Below are positions 13,657 to 28,200 of a stretch of DNA of 64,000 bases, piece by piece. Positions within the stretch are counted from its first letter, which is position 1. Every line of letters starts with the position of its first letter. The translations under genes were made by a program, and so were the position numbers. The notes beneath the pieces are model-generated. The model was not told the origin of the DNA and searched no databases. It saw only the letters and a list, made by a program, of their open reading frames with translations. Origin of the DNA: Octopus vulgaris (taxonomy: Eukaryota); NCBI GenBank assembly GCA_951406725.2, contig OX597818.1:83886001-83950000 (forward strand). Reading direction: 5' to 3'.

Positions 13657-14391
13657 AAGAGCAATTCTTTTCAACTATGTTTATGCCGTTTTAACAGCTT
13701 TAAATTATTTACAACTGACAATCAAATTTCACGGTGTTTTCATCTTTTACTCAATAAAATAACATATACAACAGTCGATTTTACATATTCATTTACTTAT
13801 CCTGGACCTATTTTGTTTTCTCCTCTTAATAATTCACCTTCTGTCTCGAAGTAATAAATAAACTGTAAATAAAATTCCAAACGAGTTGTAACAATAGCTA
13901 GTAGGTTAACTCTGTAACTGAACGGTGATTCGTTTAGCTGGATGTTTTGTATTCTCTGTAACTTATAACCCAGCACTAAGTTCCAAGGCATTTATACTTT
14001 TTTACATTACCAAAGACATAAAAAGGTAGTGCATGAGTCTTTTTTAGAAAATCCAAGAAGTGTGAAGTCGACATGTGCCTTATATACTATGGCCTCCGTT
14101 TTGTAGAGACCATTGATTGTATGGGTATGAAGTATTACCCCTATGGAAGCGAGCAGCCTAAATACTAACTGTGGTCGGGTGCCTACATAGCTTGAGGTGT
14201 AATCTTTTAGTGTATAGTGATGTATGGTGTCTCGAGTATGTGGTTTGTTGGGTGGTTTATAAGTAGTTGTCTAGGGTATCGGATAGAAGGCGTTAAAATA
14301 TTTATTCCGGATCTCTACATTTTGAGTTCATATCCCCTTGAGGGCAGAGTAACATTTTATGGAAGATGGAAAATTACCAGTTCAGAGTTAA

Positions 14392-14448
<57 letters not shown>

Positions 14449-14604
14449 TGTTCACGACAATATGGAAACGTAAATTTATTAGTAAAAACAAGGTCTATGC
14501 TACTAAGTCATACTCGATTGTGAATGACAACTGTCGTTCGGAATATAATAAAATTTTAGCAGTTATTTCTAGCACTAGAAGTCACCACTTAGAGATTAAC
14601 TTCG

Positions 14605-15033
14605 CACACTGTAGGCGATTAACAGTTTGCTTCCCATCCACATATTCCTGGCGGCTTCAGTCCCACTGCGTGGAACATTAGGCAAGTGCTTCCTATTATA
14701 GCCTCAGGCCGAATGGATTTTGTAGACGGAAATTGAAAGAAGAACGTCATATATCTAAGTATATATGTGTGCATGTGCGTGCGTGCGTGTGTCTGTGTGT
14801 GTGTGTTTGTGTGAGTCTGTGACTGTGTTTGTACCCCACCATCACTTTACAACCGGTGTTGGATGTAACTTCCGAACCGCTAAGTTACGGAGACGTAACT
14901 TAGCAGTTCGAGATAAAGAGCACGATAGAATAAGTACCTTGCTTAAAAGAAAAAGACAGAGGTGAACTAAAATTCGTCAAGGTGGCATCTCAGCATGGCC
15001 GCTGTCTAATGACTGAACAAGTAAGAGATAAAA
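14605..15033 (+). mobile_element. SINE family A, diverged
   Basis: cagtcccactgcgtggaacattaggcaagtg...gtagacggaaattgaaagaag...cagcatggccgctgtctaatgactgaacaagtaagagata. Confidence 0.85.
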
Positions 15034-15299
15034 GGTGTACGTATCAAATAGATTAATTTCGGTTATTAAATCCAGTGATCTATATGATATCACCTCGGTA
15101 GCTTCAACGAAATAACAATTGACATATTCAATTTAATAAGTTTGGTAGCCCGATATCTAATTGCAAAGAGGCAATAATAAAATTTATTGCTATTTTATTT
15201 TGTGGTGAGTTGTGTTGGAAAAAATGTCATGTGCTCATGACCTTCGAAGTTTCGCCAGAATATGTAATAATGACGTGGTTTATTATTTTCTTGAACAAC

Positions 15300-15510
15300 T
15301 TTAAGCTGACAGCTACAGGAAGAGAATGAACAAGGAGTGAATTACAAATAGCTGATGTTCTCAGGAGAAAGAAGAACAACTGGGTGAAGAGGTTAGTGCA
15401 GGGGCATGGGGTGGATGCAATTTTAGTGACGAATGATTTGGTGGCATTGAAAGTGGGAACGATCTCATCTAGCTTCAAGGAAAAAGGGCCGCTGTAGAAT
15501 GATTTCACAG
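15300..15510 (+). pseudogene. possible ancient RTE-type LINE C-terminal fragment
   Basis: plus frame VLRRKKNNWVKRLVQG weakly resembles the RTE ORF2 tail motif (IRRRxxxWxGH). Confidence 0.25.
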
Positions 15511-16347
15511 AGCTTAGTACTGTCGTAGGATCAGAAGGAAACGTTGATTGATTTATTTAAGACATTATCTTTTAAACGCGTGAATTGCTATCGAAGACAA
15601 AATGAACTGCTATTCGTTCATAAGGATCTTGCTATGAGATCCATAAATTAGTATGACACTGGCGAAAGCCAATGATTTACGGAAAGTGGATTAAGTTATA
15701 AACATAATTCTGTATGATCAAATTCCATTAATTTGTAGTGTTGTTTTTCAATAAATGAGCAAACTAGTGTAAGAAAGAACTCACATATTTTGTTCCGAGG
15801 CCAAGAAAATCTCAAATATGTTGGTGTGCTAAACCTAATTTAGTTTTCGAGTGGGTTGTTTAACCTACAAATCTAGTTATAAGAAACATTAATTTGTCAT
15901 CTTTAAGCGCTAAGTGAATCAACCCGCATACATAATTTTATGCATGTATGTACACATAGACATACGTATGTGTACTTTTGAATTTCTATACGTACATATT
16001 TGTATATGTATGTGCATAAGATGTATTACTTTTTAATTAATTTTAAAAATTACCATCTATGTATGCAGGGAATGTAGGTATGTATGTAAAAAGAGGAAAA
16101 TAGAACTCAAAACATAATTAGCAGAAATTTCAGAGCAACTCAAGTCCCGGGAGTTTCGTGCGTCGGCATGAAATCATATATATATATATATATATAGATA
16201 TATGTGTATATATTTTTGTCTATCTCTCTATTTCCCCTCTCTATCTTTCTATCTCAAAATATATATTTATATATATATATGTATGTATAGATAAATAGAT
16301 AGATAGATAGATGGATGGATGCGTATATACACACATATATGTATATG

Positions 16348-16391
<44 letters not shown>

Positions 16392-16639
16392 AATTCATAC
16401 CAACAACCATACATAGAAATATACATACAAACATTCATGCATACGTGCATGCGCATACATACATACATGCACACACATACATACCTCCAAACATACATAC
16501 ATGCATAATACATAAATACATACATGAAGGCTGTTCGACTGACGATCATAAGGTCATGGGTTTAATTCGTGTGCAGGGCGATGCATTATGTTCTTAACCC
16601 AATTGATTATACGTTGCTTCTGGACACTTATCTGTAACA

Positions 16640-17345
16640 CATGCCTCCCTCCTTTCAAATATCCTTGATGTGCCGCGGGGTAAAACCTGAGGATGTTCGA
16701 GTGGATATCCAAGAGGATGTCCTAGGTAGCTTGTAACTAAACAGGCAGCTTAGGATCCTATGTAAATAAGGAAAACTGTGAAGCTTGGCTGCCGACTCCC
16801 CGCACATCTCTCCAAGTGTCACTTAATGGTATTTGTATATACTTACGGAAACTGATTTGATCCTTATGAAATGTTTTTCTCCGTCTGAGAGACAATTCTG
16901 TTTGCCCTATATAGCTGTGTCGATAACCCGAGCAAACGATCACATAGGTTAGGTTTTCTAATTATGAATCTGTGTTTTTGTTATACGTGGAATTTCCAAC
17001 TCACCAGTAGGATGGGACGTGTTCCTCATTCAGTTCACTCACATTTTTTAATTCTTGGTTCCTTTGTTGTTGGGTATATTTTTGCATTTTTCAGTATTCT
17101 TTTTAGTGATTTTGTTTTGTATTTGTTTTTTTGGTTGTTTTTTTTTACTGTTGTGAATGTTTGTGGAATATGATTCATCTTAGAACCCCTAGTGAGCGTA
17201 GGCAAATTTTGAACAATAGTGTTGAAGCCCTGTTGTTTCTGGGGTGGGGAATATAGAGTAGTATTTTTACATCGAGGGTGGTATTTCGTTTTATATGCCT
17301 TGGTATTTGGATATCAATTCTCGTCGAACGTTCTATCCCATCATC
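16640..17345 (-). pseudogene. Penelope-like element remnant (linker + GIY-YIG endonuclease)
   Basis: NTIVQNLPTL...KSLKRILKNAK...RIKKC... followed by YVIVCSGYRHSYIGQTELSLRRRKTFHKDQI; many frameshifts. Confidence 0.8.
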
Positions 17346-17810
17346 TATTAGCAAGGGAGGATAGTTGCATCAAACATTATTCTGCAAAATCTTTTCACTA
17401 AATAGAAGGGGTAATTTATTTCAATGATTTCTTTTTGAAGGGGGATGGCAAGGGTTAAATAGTTGGAATTGCTTCGAGTCAGCGAATTTATAACACGTAT
17501 CAATTTCATTTGTTTGTTTAGTTTCTTGATGTCTACTAAGCCAAATTTCAAGTGTTTGGTTCGAACGGGTCTGTAGCTGGACTCGTTGAATTGCAATGGG
17601 ATTGAACTTGGTACAATTGGGAAAAACTTCGGAACACAATTCTCACCACACACACTTAGGGCGAGAGAGGATCGGTCAAACAGACAGACGGAAGAATGAA
17701 AAAAAAGAGAGAGCTAAGTACATTTATGATAGATTGAAGTAAAACGAATTTGACAATACCTCGTTGCCACAGCTGAATTATTTATCGCAAGAAGTTTATA
17801 TATGTATATA

Positions 17811-17846
<36 letters not shown>

Positions 17847-19599
17847 AACATGCAGTGATACACTCAAGCACATCTTTCTACCACTAGTATTTATACATAC
17901 TTATACACACACAGACACAGACATACACACACACATAATACATATTTACATACATACATTCACACATAGATTCATACTTATAATCAAACACGCTTATATA
18001 AATATACATGAAAATGTATATGTGTGTGTACGTGCTTGTGTGTGTGAGCGCATAAATAAATGTTCATGTTCGTATGTGAGTATACTTTAAACATGTATAA
18101 GCACTCGGTTTCACCAACGCATACATATAAATGTATATATTATACAAACAGACCTGCGTGTGTGTGTGTGTGTGTAATTGCTTACTTTCCTCTAGCGGTA
18201 TTGTTATAAATGGTGTTTTGTATTTTGAAAGAGTTTCCATCATTTATCTCCCTTGTTTACTTCTGTTTCTTTTGTTTTTTATAAGAGTATTTGTTTTTGC
18301 TGTATCTTCTCTACTCAAGATTGGCTGATAGACACACACACACACATATACACACACACACTCACATACAAACACACACGCATATGTATCCATGCATATA
18401 TATATATATATTTGAATATATATAAATATATATGGACGCAAGTATATATATCTAGAAATATGTATATATGTATGTATGTATATATATATATGTATATATA
18501 TATACACACATATATATATATATACATGAGTGTGTGTGTGTTTATGTGTATATATATATATGCACACACGCACACGTCAATGCTTATTGATATACATCCC
18601 CGCAAGTAGATGTATACACACACACATATATATATATACATATAGTCATATATATATATATATACACAAGTACGCATACATACATGCATACATACATACA
18701 TACATACACACATACATACGTACCTATTTTCCTCACTCTATAGATACAGCACAAGTTCGTTTGTATATGTCGATTATAAATGATTTCCATAACGTACGTT
18801 GAATGCTTTCTCTTTACATTGGGCTGCTTCTCTACTTTTCTTTCTTGCACACTTTCACACCCATATCATTTATCTCCCTTGTTTAGCTCTCTTCCGGAGT
18901 TTTGCTCATGTGTGCTGTGTTTGCATGTAATTTATTTTTTTCTTTCATTACATTTTTCTTCTATTATTTCTTTATTTAAACATTTCTATTTTCCTCTTTT
19001 TCTTGCAATCACACTTAGGGAATACTGATTATTTTCTTTTTAATTTTGCAATAGTTTCTCCTTGATTGATTTGTGGTTTATTTTATATTTTCATAGCAAT
19101 CTAATTTCTGGAATAGTATACATTTAACTGTTCCCACTCGTGCAATGAAATACGTTGATTTCAACAATAAATTCTAGCACTATCAGCAAAACTCTCATTC
19201 CTTAAAACTAATACTAAAACACTTTATAAAGAAAACAAATCGATGAAATCTACTATTCTAACAGCCATATTCGCAAAAAAAATCTAGTAAAAATCTGTCA
19301 CCGCTTTCACCAGCTAGCTGTTTCATTTATAAGGTATATATCGCATCTATCGTATGACAAATGTTGCTCTTTGTCCCTGAAGGTAAACGTGTCAAGAGAG
19401 AAAAATCTTTTTCAATTACACTTTTGTATCTTCTACTATATATTATCAGATCTACAAAATGAAATACTCCATTGCAAAACCCAGAAGCAGACTTTGGTTG
19501 CTCATCCTGATTCTGAACCAAAATGGTTGTTGCTTTTCGTTCCAAAAAAAATTCATAGGAAAATCAGAACCATGTTTTGTGATTTAATAATATATTACT

Positions 19600-19800
19600 A
19601 CTCTAAGACGGAGACTGAACAAAATGCTGAGCAACACCCCTTCCGGCTTTACATTCTGAGTTCAAATTCCACTGCGACCGACTTTGCCTTTTATTCTTTC
19701 GGGATCGATCAAACAAATACTATCTGAATACTCAGGATGGCGTAATTGACTCGTACCATCCCCGTCAATATAGGTAGCCGTGTGCCAAAATTTGATAAAA
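19600..19800 (+). mobile_element. SINE family B, degenerate
   Basis: acattctgagttcaaattccactgcgaccgactttgccttttattctttcggg. Confidence 0.75.
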
Positions 19801-20849
19801 TATATAACTGCTGCACGGATAATGTTCATACTTACTGCGCCTTTTGCAGAAGCACTATGTAGTCTAGTGTTTTAATGCTCAGGAATTTCCTTTTAGCTAT
19901 TACATGAATGACTGTCAAACTTTTACTCTTACTAATCGGCTCTTGTAATGACGATCCACAATGTTTAACACAATGGGTAAATGGGTTACCATTAAGCTAA
20001 TAAAAAAGATCACCACAAAATTTATTTACAATATCCAATGTATTTCATTAATTGTTCAAATTCACATTACACAGTTTGATCACGGTATACTTGGTTAACA
20101 ACATATACGTAAATCGGCAATACTATGAAATACGCTGACACTAGCCAAGCTGTAACGAGTAACTACATCTAGTAACAAGATGAAGAGTAAGAAAAAAAGT
20201 CGTTAAGCGGTTAAGTTGGCCATGGATTCCAACTTCTGAACCATTCGATGCTTGAGCAGCACCCAATCAAGGTGTTTATCTTTGTTATTATAACCAAATT
20301 GAAGCTAAGTAATAACGTTTATTGTACATGGTAGCAATTTCTACAAGAACAATTGATAGACGTACCACTAGCCATGCAGTTCTTTATTTAAACATGATGA
20401 GGCTGGAGATTAGATGATGTTAAAAATAATTTAGCATTTTCCAGATTATTAACTTCTCTAGGTTCTAAATTTACAATTTTATATGTAGACAGAGTTTAAA
20501 TCGGTTTAATCTTCGATCACCAAATGATGCATACATCCAGTCAAATAGGTGGATTCACTGTAGGAATTGTTATTTTGATACTTAAAGTAATAAAGTTCTT
20601 ATCTCGGGGTCAGTGATGCATAGTACTTTCTAGATAGATATTTCATTGTTTTTGCTTGCTGGATACTGCATATGTTAACCATTATGGATCATCGTTTCAG
20701 GAACTCATTTATGATAGTAAAATTTCGATGAACACGCCATTCGTATAATAACCATAATACAAATTTAGATCGCAAAGATATTGATAACACGTTGGTTATA
20801 AAAAATACATAATATGGCCGAATATTATCCGTGAGATTGTTATATATTT

Positions 20850-21050
20850 GTTTCAAATTTTGAAACAATGCCAGTAATTTTGGGGATGTGGTTAAGTCGA
20901 TTACCTCGACTCCAGCTTAACTAGTACTTATTTTATCGACTTTGAAAACATGAAAGGCAAAGTCTACCACTGCGGAGTTCAGAAACTTACCAAAAAATGT
21001 GCTGCGAAGCATTTCTCCTGGTGCGCTAACAATTCTACCAGCTTACAGCG
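20850..21050 (-). mobile_element. SINE family B, degenerate
   Basis: agtcgattacctcgac...tcgactttgaaaacatgaaaggcaaagtc...gcgctaacaattctaccagc. Confidence 0.7.
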
Positions 21051-21347
21051 CTAGTGATAGTTCTCTATTAAATGCAGAATACGGTTTTGTTGTTGTCGTA
21101 AAACAATTTTGCTGAGTTTTCCAATGAGGTAAACCAATTGTTAACTCGTTGAGTATCTACTGGTGTCAATGAAGTGCAAACACATGCTCTCTCTTAGTCA
21201 CTCTATGCATGCGTAATTAGTTAATAAGTATGTATGTATCTCTCTCCCTCAATTTTTCTCTCTATCCACCTATCGATCTATATTTATTTATATGTATGTT
21301 ATATAAAAATGTATGTATTATATATTATCTGTCTATCTATATGCGTG

Positions 21348-21382
<35 letters not shown>

Positions 21383-21427
21383 GTCTATCTAACTCTCTAT
21401 CTATCAATCTATCTATCTATCTATCTA

Positions 21428-21497
<70 letters not shown>

Positions 21498-21499
<2 letters not shown>

Positions 21500-21613
21500 T
21501 CTGCTCGCTTAGCCAGCGGGGTGGCGTCATTTGAAGACTAAAACAATGCAAAGCGCATTGTCAGCAGCGATGTGTAGCAACATCTGATAGCCTGGTCGAT
21601 CATGGTGATCATG

Positions 21614-21619
<6 letters not shown>
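21498..21619 (+). mobile_element. 3' end of a retroposon with a (CATGGTGAT)2 tail, inserted within (TA)n
   Basis: unique 120-bp block flanked by (TA)n on both sides and ending in short tandem repeats, typical of TPRT 3' ends. Confidence 0.5.
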
Positions 21620-21665
<46 letters not shown>

Positions 21666-21666
21666 A

Positions 21667-21702
<36 letters not shown>

Positions 21703-21899
21703 ATATATATATGTGTATATATATACATATATATGTGTGTGTGTGTGTGTACATATAATAGAAATATGTTTCAAAAAGAAAATAGTAACTACACATGGAA
21801 AAGATATGGGTAAAGTAAGAAGAAATAAAGCGAAAATGCACATTGAATGTCAAAAAAATAAAGGCTTTTTTATGAAAAGTAGCGATAAATAAATACAAT

Positions 21900-23345
21900 T
21901 AGATGAACTGTGGTAAAATTAAGAGGAATTAAATTCGTTATTTTGAATTGTTAAAGAGATACACAGTCAAACCGGTATCGTCAGTGCTGTTCACAGGCTT
22001 TGAATGCGCACCGATTATTAAACGGTGTCGGGTCTAGTAGTCCCTGTGTAAAACTATTGTGTAAGGAAGGTAAGTAGTTCTGAAAGTAGTACAATTAGGG
22101 TCGATATAATACTGTAATATGAATTGTATAATGGAATGTATGGGTGTTATTGGCATTATTTGTAAGATTAGTAGTATTCTGTATTTTGTTGTGTCCGTCT
22201 TAAGTTGTGGATGATATTTATTGATGAAAGTTGTTTCTTTATTCCTTCTTTGCTGTACTGAGGTATTCTGTGAACATTGATAGAAGGAGAAAATTAGGAA
22301 ATTAGGATTAAGGTTCCTAGCACACCTATCTATGTGTTCACTGACCTGTATATGTCTGTATTATGGGTGGCGGATTTGTTCTTTGTGAAGAGTGGTTCTT
22401 CGACGAGGTGATATTCCTGTTTCCCCAATATATTGATTACCACGCCCTAAATAGGTTATGACATAGATTAGGTTTTCCGAGGCACAGGTGAAATTTGATT
22501 TAATCTCAAATATTTCACCTTGTTTAAAGTGGAACTCTGTACCCTCCAAAAGGTGGGGGCATGTGCCACAGTTAAACCGACCGCAGTTTTTCCCTTTTGG
22601 TTCCGTTGTTAATAGATATAGTCGTGCGTTGGACTTTTTAATGATTTCGGTTGCATTTTGCTGTTGATAATTTTGTATGAGCCTAACATTTTGTTCAATG
22701 CTTTATCTCCTTTGAGAATGGGTAGATTTTGGATGATAATGTCGAAGGCTTCATTGTTTCTAGCGCTATGTGTGGAGATGTATGGGAGTATTTTGAAGTA
22801 TGGTGTAGTATTTCGATTGGCCTCCCCTAATGTTCGTATGTCTATTTCCTTTGCTCGTTTAAACCTATCATTTATTAATGATGTTGGGTAATGTTTCTTG
22901 ATTAGTATTGATTTGAGTTCACAGAGTCTTCGTTCACGAGTATTTGTGTCCGAAACTATGGTAGATTATAAGGTACATTAATTTTTGTGTTGGGGTGGCA
23001 TGAGATGAATAATAGGTATTGTTTCGGTGTGGTTCTTGACTATTTTAATTAGGATGTCAAGAAAAGGGAGTTGTTTATTGCTGTGTTCCATCGTAAATTG
23101 TATGTTGTTGTTGATACTGTTGAGCATTATTTTGAAATGGAGGAGTTGGTCCATGCTAGCTTTCCAAAGTATAAAGAAATTATCTAAATAGCTGTCGCAG
23201 TTCTCCTTTAAATAGCAATGAAGTGAGGTGCCTTATTTTTGTAGCGATGATTGGTATAATCTAAGTTCTAGGTAACCCATAATAAAGTTCGCGATTACTG
23301 GGGCAGCTCGGGTTCCCACCGCAATTTCACATTTTTGTCGACAGT
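21900..23345 (-). pseudogene. Penelope-like element, 5'-truncated (RT C-terminal half + GIY-YIG endonuclease + 3' region)
   Basis: [19 protein letters not shown]...YLDNFFILW...NNIQFTMEHSNKQLPFLDILI...CGRFNCGTCP...NFTCASENLIYVIT...YIGETG..RRRTTLHKEQIRH. Confidence 0.9.
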
Positions 23346-23417
23346 AGTGTATATATATATGATGAAATATATGTATATGTATGTACGTATGTATATATAT
23401 ATATATATATATATGTA

Positions 23418-23460
<43 letters not shown>

Positions 23461-23472
23461 GTATGTATATAA

Positions 23473-23523
<51 letters not shown>

Positions 23524-23563
23524 CGCATATATATACATATATTTCATCATATATATATACATA

Positions 23564-25122
23564 CGTGCCACATTAATAGGCACATCAACCATCTCTTAAT
23601 AAATAAGCGTATAATCGTTCAAAACCAGTTGTTTTTCCATTGACTCTTGGCACATTCTGCACACATTCTGTTGAAATGAATCGGACCTGCGCAGACACCA
23701 ACAAATGACAGCCATCTTTGAGATTGGGCAACATTTTCACCGTCACAAATTATTAGGCAAGTATAATAAGTGTGCCAGAACAAATATTTAATTCAACTGT
23801 AAAGTTCTAGCAAAAAGGTATTCATAAACGATTTAATGATGAACATAATAATACGTTGGAATCAAAATAATCATGGGATTATGATGTCATACAGCTCCTA
23901 ATGTTTGATGATTGATCCTCCACATGCAGTAACTTTCCTTACTCGCTGATCCATTGAATTTGTGAAGGTGATGATATCCTCTTGTGTCATGCTTTGAGCA
24001 GCATTTACAATTGCATCCCAGGGGGCAACTTTACTTGAAAATTGCCGTCCATCTTGGTAAACGCGCCTATTCAGGACACTCCACAGGTTATCGATCGGGT
24101 TTAAGTCAAGGGAACAAGGTGGCCACTCCATCAAACGACCTTCATAGAAGCCTATTTGCTGCAGGTATTCCTTAGAATTCTTCGCTGCATGAGACGGGGC
24201 ATTTTCTTGCATAAAGAGTAGCTTTATCTTGAATGAAAGATTTTGCTTTTTGAACCACGGTTGGAAATTCTCCTTTGGGGAGATAACATACTTTATCGAT
24301 GTCATCTTAATGCAACCTGGGATTTTCATTGCCTGACCATCATACCACAACGATGCCAGCCTTAAACATGACCCCAACTCACCCCTGTTGGTGTCTCAGA
24401 CTATGAGAACGGTTCCCTCTGATTGATACCCAACCTTTACTCCAGCCATCTGGTCCATCAAGAGTAGCACGGCATTCTTCAGTGAACAGAACCGTTGATA
24501 AATCTACCTTCATGCATTCTTCCGCCTATTTTAGTCTCTTCTTCTTATGTACAGCCTTCAGAGGGAGCCTTGCAACAGGTTTAGCCTTCCTGGCTACCTG
24601 CTTCAAAAGACGACGCCTGGTAGATTTCGATACGTCTTTCCTGCCACAACGTTTGAAGACTTCTCCTCTTGTCAGACATGAGTTCCGCACAACTTCACTT
24701 TTCACACGTGACAAACTACGATTCGAAGCATCCTTCGACTTATCCTTATCTATCCGCGACTGGACAGAAATAAGAGACTGCAAAAATTTCTTCACTGTTC
24801 GATGATCTCTTCCCAGTATTTTTTCATATTTCTATGGTTGTTTTTCCTTTTCCAAGCTCTGACACGATAGTAAACTTCTCAATTCAGATCCATAATGACA
24901 CTTAAATTGGGCACCTGCCTAATAATTTGGGATAGCAGAAATTTTGCCGCTACACGTTAATTGCCGCCGTTTCTTTTCGACCATGCAGATCCGATTTATT
25001 TTAACAGAATGTGTGCAGATAGGCAGATAGGTGTTGCTAACAGTCAGTGGGGAAACAACCGGTTTTGAACAAATATACAGTTATCTATTGAGAGAAGCTT
25101 GATTTGTCTAATAATGTATATC
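23564..25122 (-). mobile_element. near full-length Tc1-like DNA transposon (~1.56 kb), DD37E/TRT-type, with ~210-bp IR/DR terminal inverted repeats
   Basis: TIRs 23564-23772 and 24899-25122 share gttcaaaacc(a/g)gttgttt and ctgcacacattctgtt; attattaggca-like direct repeat at both ends of each TIR; flanked by TA runs. Confidence 0.9.
23898..24893 (-). pseudogene. Tc1-family transposase pseudogene
   Basis: VLFTEECRATLDGPDGW...QQG*VGVM...FMQENAPSH...WPPCSLDLNPIDNLW; 37 residues between catalytic positions 2 and 3; stops and frameshifts. Confidence 0.9.
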
Positions 25123-26363
25123 TATATGTGCGTATATATATATATACATATTCACATACACACACAGAAGGGAGCGGCAACAGGACGGAAATAAAGGGAG
25201 ATAATGGAGAGGGACAGATTCATATTTACTTCCATACATACGCACATACATACATACATATATATATATATATATTAAACAATTTAAAACAAATGTGTCA
25301 AACCTACCAATTCCAACATCATAAATTAGCCACATTTACTAAAATCATCATTTATACGGTATTCATCAATCTTCGCAGGTTAAGCCTACACCTCGCTGAC
25401 TTCATAGCTAACCAGTATCCCACGACGGTGGTGGTAGTAGTAGTAGTAGTAGTAGTTGTTGTTGTAGACTCAATAATAGTAATGGAAGGACGATGGTGAT
25501 ACAGAGAAGCAGCAGCAGTAGTAGTAATAATGGATGTGGTGATGGTTGTAATGGTGATTGAGGAAGCGATGTTTACGGCATCAATGTTATAAGTAGAAAT
25601 GCTTTAAGTCTAGTTAAGACCTTCACGTCTGTTTCGGTTCTTAGTGAAGACGGAAGAGCTTCGTAGTAATTTTTGTGGTTGTTGTTGCTGTTGTTGTTGT
25701 TGTACTTCTTCTTCTTCCTGGTGTCATGTATTCCCAAGCTCGTCGTTGTGGAGGAGGCCTATGTTATTCACGTATCCGGTGAAACGATAACTCAGGACCC
25801 TTATCTTCATCGGAGCCTCAAAAATTTAGCGCTCTTTATTTCTAATGCTTTGAAAAGCGCAGCATTCCGCCTTTGAATGCATTGTATCTGATAGCAGAAA
25901 CAGCTTTATGGGATTGAAGTTCATGCCATAAATTTCTTATTCCTGCACTGTACTCGCTTTATTCTGAAGAATATGTATACTGACTTCTTATATGATACGA
26001 TTTTGAAAGAAACTTCTTACCACACAGCTACGCCTACGCTTATATATCTATGTATACATATATATATAGTGTACCCGGGGATTTTTCCAGTATTAATTTT
26101 GGTGAAGTAGCAAAACGGATGTTGCTGCTTTTCTTTGTGCCTCCTACCGCGATGTGGGTTCATCCGGTATCGCAGATAAAAAACTGTCTAGACGATTTTG
26201 AAGACTACCATGTCTACCCCTCGCACATCCCAGATGTTCTGTGGTAAGGCATTAAGAAATTGGGGTCCCTTGAATCCCAAGCTATTACAATATTGGGTTC
26301 GTATCCTCGATGGAGAAGATGGGACACTCGTACGGTGCAGTGCCGTCCAGTACGGGGTTTGTA

Positions 26364-26418
<55 letters not shown>

Positions 26419-26423
26419 TACAC

Positions 26424-26620
26424 TCTTTAGTCGAACTAATCGACCCCAGGACTTTTTCTTTGTAAGCCTAGTACTTATTCTATCGGCCTACTTTGCCGAA
26501 CTGCTAGGTTTCGATGAGATAAACACACCAGCATCAGTTGTCAAGCGAGTGTGGGGTCAAAACACAGACACAAAGTGGCACACATATAAATATATATATA
26601 CGTACATATATGTATATATA

Positions 26621-26680
<60 letters not shown>

Positions 26681-26790
26681 GACGGGCTTCTTTCAGTTTC
26701 CGTCTACCAAATCCACTGACAAGGCTTTGGTCGGCCCGTGGCTATAATAGAAGACAGCTGCCAAGAGTGTCACGCGGTGGGACTGGACCC
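26424..26790 (-). mobile_element. SINE family A (head truncated)
   Basis: gacgggcttctttcagtttccgtctaccaaatccact... colinear with 44281-44695. Confidence 0.85.
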
Positions 26791-27100
26791 GGGCAAGAGT
26801 CTCCTGCTATAGCTTCGGACCGACCAAATCCATGTGAGTAGATTTGGTAGACGGAAACTGAAAGAAGCCCGTCGTATATAAATATGAATGTATATATTTC
26901 TATGTCTGTGTTTGTCCCCGCACCAACAATTGACAATCGCTGTTGGTGTGTTTATGTACCCCGTAAGCTAGCGGTTCGCCACAAGAAACCGACAGGATAA
27001 GTATTAGGCTTACATAGAATAAGTCCTGGGGTCGATTTCTACGACTAAAGCCGGTGGTCTTGCATGGTGTCACTCAAATGACTGAAACAAGTAAAAGAAT
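26791..27100 (+). mobile_element. SINE family A (headless), abutting the previous copy in inverted orientation
   Basis: gggcaagagtc...gatttggtagacggaaactgaaagaagcccgtcg...gactgaaacaagtaaaag. Confidence 0.85.
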
Positions 27101-27261
27101 TTAAAAAATATATATATTTATATACATATATATACATATATAGATACACACACACACACATATATATATATAAACATATATATACATATATAGATACACA
27201 CATATATATATATAAATACATATATATATACATATATAGATACACACATATATATATATAA

Positions 27262-27317
<56 letters not shown>

Positions 27318-27744
27318 GCGCTTATATTCATATACCAACATATATGCATACGTACACAGACATACATATATATATTCATATATGCATATGCCCCAATTGA
27401 TCACATGTCAAAACCTACTTGAAAAAGTAGCTCCTGTCAGGGGAGCCAACAATGAGATAATTCGCATCTAAGGGCTTACCGACCTACGCATGTGAAAAAT
27501 GGATTTGGCGAACCCAGCAGAAGAAACTTTTATGGTTCAACAGCACGACATTGTAGAGTGCAGAGACCAAGATGAAGGTGGGCACAAATGTGAGAACGAT
27601 GTTGACGGTATGCATCTATACTTCCCTTTATATAATGTCACCATGCTTGTCATAAGTCACGCTTTGAAGTTCCTCATTGTCCTGACGTACGAACATGATT
27701 ATTCAGTGTATAGTAATGACGATTTTGAATCATCTCCTTTGGTA

Positions 27745-27936
27745 TTCTTTTCATTCTTTTACTTGTTTTTGTCATTTGACTGTGGCCATGCTACCCCAGG
27801 ACTTAGTGTTTGTAAGCCTAGTACTTATTCTATCGGTTACTTTTGCCGAACCACTACGTTACGGCACGTAAACACACCAGCATCGGTTGACAAGCGATAT
27901 TGGAGGGACAAACATACACACACACACATATTCACT

Positions 27937-27987
<51 letters not shown>

Positions 27988-27991
27988 GTAT

Positions 27992-28028
<37 letters not shown>

Positions 28029-28200
28029 CATATATATATGTATATATATATGACTGGCTTCCTTCAGTTTCCGTCTACCAAATCCACTCACAAGGCTTTG
28101 GTCGGCTCGAGACTATAGTGGAAGACACTTGCCCAAGTTGCTACACAGAAGATCTGAACTCGGAAGCATGTTGTAGGTAAATTAGCACTCCTGCACCTGC
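27745..28200 (-). mobile_element. SINE family A with expanded internal microsatellite
   Basis: tail ttcttttacttg..., core cagtttccgtctaccaaatccactcacaaggctttggtcgg. Confidence 0.85.

Noticed and set aside
27499-28053. 184-aa ORF starting MDLANPAEE
   Set aside because: Runs through an antisense SINE and (TA)n; no coding signature.
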